DNA from: Eledone cirrhosa
Taxonomy: Eukaryota
Direction of reading: 5' to 3'
Assembly (NCBI GenBank): GCA_964016885.1
Contig: OZ024747.1
Coordinates: 84,444,001-84,508,000, forward strand
Length of the DNA stretch: 64,000 bases
The notes below the pieces were generated by a model, which saw only the letters and a program-made list of their open reading frames with translations, had not been told where the DNA came from and did no database searches. The translations under genes were made by a program, and so were the position numbers. Positions 43,401 to 53,681 of this stretch are shown in pieces. The stretch's first letter is position 1. Each line of letters begins with the position of its first letter.

Positions 43401-46400
43401 CAATGGAATTCAGTCCTAATCATACCAGGAGATTTCATCCAAGAGACTGCCAAGGTGAAAGTGGAACTTCACAGTGATAGTGATAGCAGTTTCATGCTGT
43501 GGGAGAATCCTGTGACTTTTTAAAGAAGAAAGCAATAGAATTCAGCCATTAGGAAGAAGCTCACTATTGGTGGTACACTTCAAATAGTTGAAAAGGCTCT
43601 GAAGCTCTCAAACTGGTTAGTTATGTGAATAACAAAGACAGTAATGCAAAAATACATACAAATTGAACTAATATAAAAGAAAAAGTGTTCAACTTATGGT
43701 TAAAGGTATGTCTGTCACCTGGGAAAAATTATAAATTAAGTATAAAATCACAAGTAAAATGTAATGGTTAAATGTTGTAGATATTAAGTGAGCAAGATTA
43801 TCAAAATTATCCATGAACATTTTCATATTAATAAATATACCTACAAAATTGTTGTTCCCCTAAGTTTTCAAAGTTCAATCTATTGTCCTTGACTCTGAAT
43901 ATATCATTTCAGTCAGAAGCCTTGCACTTTGACATGGATTGGAAAGTACCCTGCATCATATATTTTACTCGTAAAAACCTCAACCAATACTATGATCTAA
44001 CGGGTGAGTACTTGGCTTTGCCTAGATATACACTATTGGACTACTCGTACAGTAGTTGGGTTGGATCTTAGCCTCAAGTGATCCCTGATTTAGCAGATCT
44101 TTGATTAATTTTTAACATCCTGTACCACTTCAAACCACATGAACGAGACATTCTTGAAACGTATATAACAACACTAAGACTGCAACGCAATTGTGACATA
44201 AAAGTATGATCTAGTTTAGCACACTCTGTTTATTTTATTTTACGATTTGCCGGTGTACTTAGTGTCACGAATGACCAGAAAAAGGAGGCCTGGAAATGTC
44301 ATTATGAGAGACTGATGAATGTGGAGAACGAATGGGAGAGAGAGAAATTACCCTTGGTAGATCCGACAGAGGGACCAGCTATTGAGATTGACGAATATAG
44401 GGTCCAAGAGGCGATTAGGGAAATGAAAAATGGTAAGGCGGCCAGACCATCGGGAATAGTTGCTGAGATGCTGAAGGCATCAGGGGACGTAGGCACTAAA
44501 CTGGTTGCACGCATCATCAATCAGGCTATATATATGGTGGTGTCATACCCAAAGACTGGTGCAACAGTATTCTCATAAATTGCTACAAAGGTAAAGGGGA
44601 TGCTTTGGAGAGGAGCAATTATAGGGGTATAAAACTGATAGATCAGGTTATGAAAGTGGCAGAAAGGATTTTAGCACAACTAATTAGAGAAAGGGTCAAA
44701 CTAGATGAGATGCAGTTTGGTTTTGTGCCTGGGAAGAGTACAACAGATGCCCTCTTCTTGGTGAGACAAATGCAAGAGAGGTTCTTAGAGAAGAATAAGC
44801 CACTATACTTAGCCTTTGTTGACCTAGAGAAGGCCTTTGATAGGGTACCCCGATCTGTCATCTGGTGGTCCCTAAGGAAGCTAGGTGTTGAGGAATGGCT
44901 TGTGAGGACAGTGCAAACTTTGTACAGAGGTACTCTCAGTAAAGTCAGGGTAGGAATGGAGTTTAGTGAGGAATTCCAGATACAAGTAGGAGTACATCAG
45001 GGTTCGGTCCTCAGCCCGCTCTTGTTCATTATAGTCCTCCAAGCCATAACAGAGGAGTTTAAGACTGGCTGTCCATGGGAACTTCTCTATGCTGACGATC
45101 TGGCTCTTATAGCAGAATCAGTAGAGGAGCTAGAGAATAAATTCCGGCTATGGAAACAGCAGTTGGAAGCAAGAGGACTGAGAGTAAATCTAGCTAAGAC
45201 AAAAGTGTTGATGAGTAGAAAAGAGGACAAAACCCTGATTCCGTCAGGGAAATGGCCATGTTCGATATGCAGAAAAGGAACTGGCATAAATTCTATAAAA
45301 TGCACACAATGCAGGTCCTGGGTACACAAGAGATGTAGCGGGATAGCAGGCAAACTAACAGGTAGGGAGAAATATGTATGCAGTAGATGTACAGGGAAAT
45401 TAGACAGTAGAAGTCGCACTGATAGACACATTTTTCAAATGCGAGAGGGCGCTATAGAAGTGGTGGATAGCTTCCGGTACCTAGGAGATCAGATTAGCAT
45501 GGGAGGAGGGTGTTCCGAGGCCATAGTATCTAGAATAAGGACGGGTTGGAAGAAGTTTAGGGAGCTGCTTCCTCTGTTGACGAAGAAGGGTTTCTCCCTG
45601 CGTACGAAAGGCCGGTTGTATGATGCCTGTGTGAGGAGCGCGATGCTGCATGGTAGTGAGACATGGGCAGCAACCGCAGAGGATATGCGACGGCTGGAGA
45701 GAAATGAGGCAAGCATGCTCCGTTGGATGTGCAGTGTAAATGTGCGTGAACGACGCAGCATAAATGTGTTGAGAGAGAAACTGTGTCTGAGAGGGATAGA
45801 ATGTAGTGTACGGGAGAGGAGACTGAGGTGGTATGGACATGTGATGCGCATGGAGGATGACCGATGGGTGAAGAAGTGCCAGGAAATGCCAGTTGAAGGA
45901 AGACGTGGTAGAGGTAGACCACGAAAAACATGGGCGGAGGTGATGAGAACAGACCTCAGATCATTGAAGCTCACGGTGGAGATGACGAGGGACCGTGACG
46001 AGTGGAGAGATGCTGAATAAGACCCGTCCCACCCTTGCAAGCAGGGAAAAGCGGACGTAAAATGATGATGATGATGATGATGATGATATATGGGGTTTTT
46101 TTTTTTTCTAGTGCAAAATCCCATCACACAGAATGTTCTGCTGGACGAAAGTGGAGTTGTGAATCCTAAAATTACAGAAAAGACCTTTATTCCATTAACA
46201 CCAGATGAGTTCCCGAAAAAGGGCTCCCTGGTGGCCCTTGATGCAGAGTTTGTCTCATTAGATCAGGTATCGTCTTTATTCATATTTCTACTGTTGGTTT
46301 ACTTTCAAATAGTTGTTGGTATTTATTTAATCCAAGATTAGCTCTAATTGAGCAGCTCTAAGATCAAAAGCTTACTGTGTACTTGATGCAGTTTATCATG

Positions 46401-48414
46401 GCACCAACATTACCACCTCACAGAGTGTACTTGGTGCAATTTATCATGGCACCAGCATTATTAAAGAGTGTACTAGGTGCAATATATCATAGTACCAATA
46501 AATAATAGTTTACAAAAAAAAAGAAAAATAATGTAAGTCCTTTCTTATAGAAAAATGGAAGGTTTAACCTTTTCATTACCATATTCCTAATGAAAGACAC
46601 TGCCTATAACTTTCAAATAATTTTGAAAATAATCAAGAATTTAGAGGAATTTTGTAATATAATTAACTTTCTCATTATTAAAATGATATTCAAAACACAA
46701 CTTAACAAATGTTCTTAAAATATTATGATGGAAGGTTTTTAAATAAATATAAACACTTTAAAACAGGTGGTTTTTCATCATAGAATCAGGGGGAGTTTCA
46801 AAGAGATCGGTACCAAAAGAGTTAAACAGTCTACTTTCTTCATAGTATATTGTAATATTTTCTGTTTTGAATCCCTGACAGGAACAAGCAGAATTGAAAA
46901 GTGATGGAACACGGTCCACAGTGAAACCTTCACACCTTGCACTTGCTCGTTTGACCTGCATTCGGGGGTACGTTCTATAACATAATAAAACATTCATCAA
47001 ATATATATCTGTTATTTTTGTTTTCCCAATCCTATTTTCCTTTAACCCTTTTATGACTGTCATTATTGTCATTGTTTTACATCCATTTTTTCATGCTTTC
47101 ATGGGATTTTTCAAGAACAGCATCTCCCCATTCATTGCAGTCCTTTGTCATCTCTTGTGTCAGCTTCAGTGATTTGAAGTCAGCTTTCACAAACTCTGCT
47201 CAGGGTTTTCTTTGGTCTCCCTCTAATTCAGCTTCCTTCCATTGGGATTTCTTGGCACGTCTTCACCCAACATGCATTCCTAATGAAACACTCTTTATTT
47301 TAATTCATTAATAAAATATTTGGAAATATTTGCTTGAATTATTGCAGGGCATTGTCATTCAGCATTACTCATCAGCCATATATACATCTTACAGTTTCTC
47401 CAGTCAGTAGAGGTCCTTATCCTATATTTATCCATGTTCCCTGCCATATACCATCACACATCATACAGTATCATCACTTACTGTAGCTCCTTTGCTCTCA
47501 TTCACTGTTCCATGTTTCACTGTCACTCACTTTAGCTTTCTCCCTTATTCGCTTCTCCTGTTTCATCCCCTTCTTACACCATCACACATCACTCTACTGT
47601 TCCTTCAAACCATACAGATCTTTTTCTATTACTAATTGAAATATTTACCTCTAATTTCTTTCCATTTTAGATATGGCCCTCTACATGGTGAACCCTTCAT
47701 TGATGACTATATTGCCATGCAAGAACAGGTCGTTGACTATCTGACAGAATATTCTGGCATTAAACCTGATGATCTCATTGCTTCAGTTTCCACAAAACAT
47801 TTAACTACGCTCAAGTCAACTTACATGAAACTACGATACCTTGTAGATCAGGGAGTTTGCTTTGTTGGCCACGGACTTAAAAAGGACTTCAGAGTTATAA
47901 ATATTTCAGTAAATAATGAAACCTTTAATTTTACATTTAATCCTTATATATTTATATATATATATATATATATGTATTTGTATATATATATGTGTGTGTT
48001 TGTGTGTGTATTGTTGTTTGATAGAGTAAATTTTAAATCCAAACAAATCCAGCCATGACTGGTTTTTTTTTTGGTATATCTTGGACTACATTATCCAATG
48101 TTCTATGGTTAATATTAGTTGTTGTTGTTGTTGGACCTCTGTTGACTCCAACACTGAGTGTTCCAGCTGTTTGATCAATGGCTCAACAACCTGTTCAATT
48201 ACAATATATGAGAAGACGCTTAAATCTGCAAATTTTCCTTCACCTTCATAAACATCAATTTGCCATCTTCTTTGTTGTGGTGGTAGCAGCAGTAGTAACA
48301 TTTTTTTTTTCTTTTGTAAGGGAAAAAAATTATGTAACTACTTCCTAGATACACAAATTTCTTGTATTTTATATGTATATGTGTGTGTGTGTGTATATAT
48401 ATATATATTTGCAG

Positions 48415-48466
<52 letters not shown>

Positions 48467-51091
48467 GCAAGAATGGACATAAAATGGTGATGATCATATA
48501 CACATACACATTCTGTTATTTTCCTTTCTTCTAGGTTCCCAAGAAACAAATTTTTGACACTGTTGAATTATTACGTCAACCCAGACAAAGGAACATATCT
48601 CTCAAGTTTTTGGTTCGCTACTTTTTAAGTTAGTGAAAATCTTTTCTTTCTTCATCATCGTTATTGCTTTTGTGCCAGTTTTTCCATGCTAAGCAATGCC
48701 TGGAGGAGACATTTTGAAGTAGAATTCTGTCGCTGGATGCACTTTTTGGTGTTAACTCTCACATTTTTGTTTGTTTTTATAAATAAACTACCAATCTTGG
48801 CACATATAATAACTGAACTGTGAAGTGAAGACACAGAGGCAAACACATAGACACATATATATATATTATCATCCTTATCTCACATCTATTTTCCATGCTG
48901 GCATGTGTTGGACAGGTTGGCACAGACCAAGTCAGTATTTAGTCAGAGCTACTGTCCTCCCAGAAAGGCCAACAACCATGTCTTGCTTACATTTCTTTAG
49001 ATGTGGTTTCTTCAGCTTCATTCTCTTCTTAACACCATTCTCCTTACAGGTGCCTTTTATTATGGCACCAGCACTAGTTAGCTTGTCATGTTTTTAACAT
49101 AACTGAAGTGTCCTTTCAACCCTTTGTTTGGCATGGTTTCTATGACTGATGTCCTTCCTCACACCAACCACTTTACAGGGTGTACTGGGTGCCTTTTATC
49201 ATGACACTAGCACTAGGAAAATTGTCAGTCGACTTAAGTAATCTTTCTATTCTTAGCTAGTCACCCACTTCACAGAATGTACTGAGTGCATTTTATGGTG
49301 ACACCAACACTGGGGTAGGAGATGCTTTGTCCCATGGCAGATATGTTTGGTGGTGAGAGTAGAAGAGGGTTAAGGTGGATGACAAATGCAATGGATGTAT
49401 GAAAGGTCTCCTCCAGTACAGCATGTCACCAGTCTTATTGTTAATCTATTATGGAAAACCACATGTCCCCATAACTGAAACAATTCTGTTATATATCACA
49501 TTAGTGATAATACTTAAATTTACCGTTATTTTTTCACTGCCTATTTGATATCGATATTATTATTATCATCATCGTTATTGTTATTACTGTTATTCGGGGT
49601 TGATTTAACTGACTTTCCCTTTCCCCACAAATTGTTGGCCCTGTGCCTAAAGCAGAAACCATTATTTCCCTTTGCGATCTGAGTTCAAATCTCGCCGAGG
49701 TTGACTTTGCCTTTCATACTTACGGGGTCGATAAAATAAAAGTACCAGTAATGCACTGAGTAATTGCTGGCCTTGTGCCTAAAGTAGAAACAATTATTAT
49801 TATTGCTCCACTATTTGAGTCTTGATAATTTACGTGTATCCTTTATCTGTCTTCCTAACTAGAGTAGCAACTAGTTATCACCAATATTTTTTTTTTTTAC
49901 CCCATCCCCCAGTTTTCAAAATGTCCAGGGGGTCCCACTGAAGTAACCCATGCTCACACAATGGCTAATAAGATAGCGACCGACAGACACCTTGATTGTT
50001 CCAGGCCTAGAAATCTGCAAAAACAGACTTCTATATTATATCTCAAAGATTCAACTCGATGCAAAAATCATAGTGCTTAAAATTGCAATAGGATCCTTAT
50101 CCTGGAAAATCCTGGAGCCCAGCTCCACAGTTAGTCATGTGGCTGTTTCAAGTTAGGACTATAACTGCAGCAGTCAATACATAAAATAATACATCTCTTA
50201 ATCAGTTAATCCAACAGTAAATGGCAGAGATAGTGAGCCATGATAAAATAGTTTAAAAGATAGTACACATTCACTTTTTGTTTTTTACTTACTCTTCCAA
50301 CAATACCACACTAAAGTGTTCTAGGATATTTTGACTATTTTCCTTGTTTAGTGTCATATATTAACACTTAGCTTCCTAATTTCATGTCATATATCTCCCC
50401 AGCCCCCATTGCTTTGCTCCCTTCGTTTTGACCTGACCCCAGGTCAATTGGGCTACAGGGAGTGACACCAGGCTTGACCACTACTGTAAGTTGGTATACA
50501 TGACTACAATGTCACTAAGAATGACCGTGGCAGGTAAGACACCAAAATAACTGGTGCCTTGGGAGGGTGGCAGTGGTGCTGTAACATCCCAGCAACCATC
50601 ATCCATATACATTAAATGTCCATACAAATGTAATCTTCTCTCTTACACTACATCTGATTCTTCTAATACCCAGTTTTTCTCTCAGTTCCACTATGCTCCG
50701 TCATTCATGCGCAGTTAGGGTTGATAAAATATGGACTATTTATATACTAGGGTTCAATTCAGTTGACTGTACTCATTACACTTTGAAAGATGCCATAAAT
50801 TAATAATGATCAAAGACAGGGAAGCTGTTAACTAGTATTATTTATAATGAGAAATTGTTTACTGATGATCTACTTTCAGAAATGGACATCCAGTCTTTTA
50901 CACACGACTCGATTGAGGATGCACGTAGTGCTCTACGTTTGTACCGCTTGTATGAGGAAATGGCAAAAAAGGGAGAAACCCACATCAGGAATGTAATTAA
51001 AAACCTGTACGAATATGGACGGAAAGTTCAGTGGAAGTTACCACCACCAGAAGAACTTGCTGAATCTATGCTTCCAGTATTTACATGCTGA
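21433..51091 (+). CDS. PAN2: PAN2 poly(A)-specific ribonuclease catalytic subunit; spliced, 21 exons in window, 5'-incomplete (~987 aa)
   Basis: All intron phases are compatible and all introns are GT-AG. Motifs: [10 protein letters not shown] (WD40), LLSDWP and VGYAPNP (linker), [21 protein letters not shown] (pseudo-USP Cys box), [29 protein letters not shown] (DEDDh). Confidence 0.96.
22070..22660 (+). mobile_element. Old degenerate RTE fragment
   Basis: [12 protein letters not shown]...KFREL similarity with stops and frameshifts. Confidence 0.8.
23144..23285 (+). CDS. PAN2: PAN2 exon (WD40)
   Basis: cag|GTT...ACT G|gtaag; VGHFQVLD...[17 protein letters not shown]. Confidence 0.92.
24576..24652 (+). 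CDS. PAN2: PAN2 exon
   Basis: tag|GT TAT...CCA|gtgagt; [26 protein letters not shown]. Confidence 0.92.
25280..25407 (+). CDS. PAN2: PAN2 exon (linker)
   Basis: cag|GTG...AG|gtaagt; [21 protein letters not shown]...[14 protein letters not shown]. Confidence 0.92.
26464..26627 (+). CDS. PAN2: PAN2 exon (linker)
   Basis: tag|G GCG...G|gtatag; [35 protein letters not shown]... Confidence 0.9.
26893..27540 (-). mobile_element. 5'-truncated RTE LINE (family B)
   Basis: [14 protein letters not shown]...GRPRKTW; (CAT)n tail at 26893. Confidence 0.92.
27557..28420 (+). mobile_element. 5'-truncated RTE LINE (family B)
   Basis: ORF 27593-28072; (GAT)n tail to 28420; head-to-head with the previous copy across ~18 bp of TA. 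Confidence 0.93.
28740..29600 (-). mobile_element. Old degenerate RTE (BovB-like) RT fragment
   Basis: [26 protein letters not shown] and [21 protein letters not shown], in broken frames. Confidence 0.8.
29787..30121 (+). mobile_element. Full-length tRNA-headed SINE with CORE-like body and RTE-derived 3' tail
   Basis: A box TGGCTTAGTGG, B box GTTCAATTC, body GCAAGACACTTTATTTCAC...CAGCTGTAGAAATG, then RTE 3' UTR sequence and (GAT)n. Confidence 0.85.
30122..30275 (+). mobile_element. Non-autonomous Helitron 3' fragment
   Basis: Reverse-complement homolog of 52532-52690; ends in a decayed hairpin and GCCATTCTGCTAAT. Confidence 0.65.
30712..31270 (-). mobile_element. 5'-truncated CR1 LINE
   Basis: [12 protein letters not shown] upstream, then [13 protein letters not shown]...TRGH...[13 protein letters not shown]; (ATT)n tail near 30715. 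Confidence 0.88.
31283..32638 (-). mobile_element. 5'-truncated RTE LINE (family B) starting at YADD
   Basis: ORFs 32358-32825 and 31672-32250 include the PHD-type cysteines; (CAT)n tail at 31283. An opposite-strand ~44-bp RTE tail follows at 32665-32708. Confidence 0.93.
33649..33806 (+). CDS. PAN2: PAN2 exon (start of pseudo-USP domain)
   Basis: cag|AT...CAG|gtcagt; [47 protein letters not shown]. Confidence 0.95.
34124..34222 (+). mobile_element. Short 3' end of the same CR1/L2-group family as 1154-2280
   Basis: GCAACAAGGG..GTGCCCCAGCATGG...AACAGGTAAAAGAG matches the reverse complement of 1160-1250. Confidence 0.75.
34681..34809 (+). CDS. PAN2: PAN2 exon
   Basis: tag|GTT...CAG|gtattt; [35 protein letters not shown]...CQ. 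Confidence 0.95.
35486..35635 (+). CDS. PAN2: PAN2 exon
   Basis: cag|GCC...TCT|gtatgt; [20 protein letters not shown]...[16 protein letters not shown]. Confidence 0.95.
35791..36015 (+). mobile_element. Solo 3' UTR of RTE family A with complete terminus
   Basis: Matches 11355-11534 and continues AGCGGGGAAGAACGGACGTAAAACG then (GAT)n. Confidence 0.85.
36584..36771 (+). CDS. PAN2: PAN2 exon (poorly conserved insertion in pseudo-USP domain)
   Basis: cag|GAA...AG|gtaaca; open frame; its phase 0 to 2 is needed to join the flanking exons. Confidence 0.8.
37434..37585 (+). CDS. PAN2: PAN2 exon
   Basis: cag|T CCA...G|gtcagt; [24 protein letters not shown]...NLSYP. Confidence 0.9.
38221..38327 (+). 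CDS. PAN2: PAN2 exon
   Basis: cag|AT...CAT|gtgagt; [29 protein letters not shown]. Confidence 0.93.
38633..38731 (+). CDS. PAN2: PAN2 exon
   Basis: cag|GTT...CAG|gtgaat; [33 protein letters not shown]. Confidence 0.93.
39910..40031 (+). CDS. PAN2: PAN2 exon encoding a CCCH zinc finger
   Basis: aag|CTT...CA|gtaagt; [40 protein letters not shown]; phase 0 to 2 bridges the neighbouring exons. Confidence 0.85.
40883..41012 (+). CDS. PAN2: PAN2 exon
   Basis: cag|G AGT...GAG|gtaagt; SYDQSSDGG...[25 protein letters not shown]. Confidence 0.87.
41094..41690 (+). mobile_element. Three head-to-tail tRNA-derived SINEs (Nin-like core family)
   Basis: Three units starting ~41094, ~41300 and ~41525, each with a TGGCA A-box-like motif, a TTCAAA(T/C)CC B box and a TTTCATCC...GATAAAATAAAGTACCAG-like core. 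Confidence 0.8.
42543..42740 (+). CDS. PAN2: PAN2 exon (pseudo-USP His-box region)
   Basis: cag|GGC...TTA|gtaagt; [54 protein letters not shown]. Confidence 0.95.
43913..44003 (+). CDS. PAN2: PAN2 exon
   Basis: cag|TCA...G|gtgagt; [30 protein letters not shown]. Confidence 0.94.
44252..46087 (+). mobile_element. 5'-truncated RTE LINE (family C; RT, PHD-type finger, ~40-nt 3' UTR)
   Basis: ORFs 44315-44578 and 44605-46020 are joined by a frameshift in a TATATATAT run (~44527-44535); YADD present; (GAT)n tail 46062-46087. Confidence 0.94.
46112..46266 (+). CDS. PAN2: PAN2 exon (start of DEDDh nuclease)
   Basis: tag|TG...CAG|gtatcg; [28 protein letters not shown]. Confidence 0.95.
46564..46825. 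mobile_element. MITE with TTAA flanks and imperfect TIRs (piggyBac-like)
   Basis: TTAA-CCTTTTCATTACC...GGTACCAAAAGAG-TTAA. Related copies at ~24680-24950, ~33827-34030(-), ~36365-36556(-), ~39579-39750 and ~41700-41932. Confidence 0.65.
46882..46967 (+). CDS. PAN2: PAN2 exon
   Basis: cag|GAA...GG|gtacgt; [29 protein letters not shown]. Confidence 0.95.
47671..47908 (+). CDS. PAN2: PAN2 exon
   Basis: tag|A TAT...TCA|gtaaat; GEPFIDDYI...[16 protein letters not shown]...[16 protein letters not shown]. Confidence 0.96.
48535..48628 (+). CDS. PAN2: PAN2 exon
   Basis: tag|GTT...A|gttagt; [31 protein letters not shown]. Confidence 0.94.
49678..49805 (+). mobile_element. tRNA-derived SINE, partial
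   Basis: Near-identical to 15572-15690. Confidence 0.85.
50880..51091 (+). CDS. PAN2: PAN2 last coding exon
   Basis: cag|AA ATG...TGA; [21 protein letters not shown]...[13 protein letters not shown]. Confidence 0.96.
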
Positions 51092-51233
51092 CAAGCAGAC
51101 TAATTACACCTAACAACAGAGATATCTATTTTTCTAATGAAAAGCAAAAAATAAAAACTAACTACAGTACATTTGTTATAATTTGCTCCTATCATCAGAT
51201 CCATTTTGTATGCCTACATATACATACACACAC

Positions 51234-51275
<42 letters not shown>

Positions 51276-52531
51276 TATATACATACATATACATATATAT
51301 ATATATATATATACATACATATATAAATGTGTGTGACTTTAAATAAGATATATCTCTTAAATAATATTTTTAAACATATTCTAAATAAATTTATTACTTT
51401 TTTTTTACTTCATTATTGTTGTTTCATTTTATTTTTTCCTAATCCTGGTCTTTAGAATAGGTACACCATATTTTTATGTCATAAGAGGTGACTAAAGGGT
51501 TTAGCATCAGGAAGGACTTCCTCACAGTAAAGTAAAACACTACAGTTTGAAGAAACTAATAAGTGTTGTCTTGACAAAAATCATCTCAGTAATGATGAGG
51601 AAATGGAACAGGTTCATGTGCCATGTGAAGAGAATTCTAATATTTTGATTATAAACTTTATGAATTATCAAAGTGCTGGAAGTGTTTGAATTTTTAAAAA
51701 TCTGAGTTCCAAATATGTAAAATAACTGTAATAACAGTTGACTAGTACAGTTAATAGTTGGGAAAATCTGGTAAATTATCCTTAGAGATGGAAAAAGTGG
51801 ACAGGCGCCTATGAGGAATTTAACCAATTATTTCTCAAATATCGTATGAATGCAGTATCATTACACTAAGAGATGATTCACACTTCTTCCTGTCTTTTTT
51901 AAGATGCTATACTATACAGCTAGAATGTTGCTGGATCTAAATAAAGCTAATCAAAAGCTCTGAAATGCATCCGTCTTGGATTAGAAAATTGCTATCATGT
52001 CACTTCATCGCAGCATAGATTGATAGGGTTTGCATCAACCTACATTATTTTATGTCTCTTTTGGGTGTCTTCTACTTTAGCCTCGGGTTGACCAATGCCT
52101 TGTAAATGGAATTTGGTTGACAGAGACTGTGTAAAAGCCCATTGTATATGTGTGTGTGTCTGTGTTTTGGTTTACTTTTTATGTCCTGTAACTTAGCAGT
52201 TTGACAAAGAGATTGATAAAATAAGTACCAGACTTCAAAAACTAAATTCCTCCAAGCATGGCCAGTCTAATGACTAAAATATGTATATAGCATTGGTATG
52301 TAAGTATATGTTATGTGTGTGAATACATATATTATATAATCTATATATAAAGCAGAAAATAGGGCATCAGATTAATTGTTTTGTGGTATTTACTCTAGCT
52401 CTCCAAGTTCAAATCCCATTAAGACCAACTTAGTACTTCATCCAGTATATACAACAGAAACTGGCAAGTTTAGTTGTATTGCCTTGGCTTGGGCTTAAGT
52501 GCTAAACTGCATTTGTTTGTTTTAGATATAA

Positions 52532-53094
52532 CTAGCAGAATGGCCCGGCGTTGCTCAGGATTTGTTCTAGGGTTCTTATATATTTGATATATATTTATCC
52601 TTATCGAGCGTCGTGAAATAAATACGTTTGTTTATATTTTGTTATTGGGTATGCAAAAATATCTGTACACGAATATATAATTATATATATATATATAAAA
52701 ATAACAGATTAAAGTTTAAGCAAAGAATCACTGCTTTCACCCTTAACGGGATCTTCTGAAACTAAAAAAATCAATCTGTGAACGCAGAAGTAAATATTTC
52801 GAAAAACATTACACACTATATATATATATATAAATACACACACACACAGCGTCATAATGCAGGCAGCCAGACAGATATTATAAGGGCGCAACGTTATCTC
52901 TATGTATCTCTCTAAAAAGAAAGACGAAGAATTATAGAGAGAGATCGCTAAATCGCCTAATTGAAATATTTTTTGCTCAAAACACTCACAAGACCATAAG
53001 TATTACGTGTGTAAAGTTTGAAAACAATCGGTTGGGTGGTTCTCGAGTTTTAGGGAGACAGATAGACAGACATTCTCTGTTTTAGATATATAGA
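52532..53094 (-). mobile_element. Non-autonomous Helitron
   Basis: Minus strand starts TCTATATAT followed by a (CTGT)-type microsatellite and ends with a CCTGAGCAACGCCGGG hairpin, CCATTCTG and CTAG-T. Confidence 0.75.
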
Positions 53095-53615
53095 CTAGCA
53101 GAAAACCACCCGGTGGGCGGTTTTCTGCTAGCAAATCTAGTGTATATACTGATATTGTTGAGATTTGGATGAGAAATGTTTTCGGCACCACATGTTCACC
53201 GTCTCTCGGTGTGTCTTTTATGCATGTATAAATATATATGTTATCTATACGGTGAAATCTTTGAAATAAATATATGTTAAAACGAAAAAGGAGAAAAAGA
53301 GATTAGTGACGGAAATATAAACGTTATGATATAACGATGGAAATATATCTTCAAATGGTCCTTGGCAGAACCGCCTCGAACTGGTTACTTCTGGCTTGTG
53401 CAAGGTGTCTCTATAGCAACCAGCGATTCCCTCGGCCTCAGTGACCAAAGTCAGTGGAGAGGGGAAGGTAATGTTTCTTTAGCGACAGTGTTTCTCTTGG
53501 TAGTACCAAAGTGGAGAAAGGAAGGGGAAGGTAATATTTCTGTAGCACCTACATTTGAGTTTTAGGGAAGGACAGACAGACAGACAGACAAACAAACAGA
53601 GAAATGCCCATATAT
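53095..53615 (-). mobile_element. Second abutting Helitron-like element
   Basis: CTAG end with a hairpin at 53095-53131; the GAGTTTTAGGG...(GACA)n segment at 53557-53600 parallels the first element's 5' end. Confidence 0.55.
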
Positions 53616-53681
53616 TTCTGTGTGTGTATATATATATATATTACACACACAGAAATGTATATATATTTCTGTGTGTGTATA

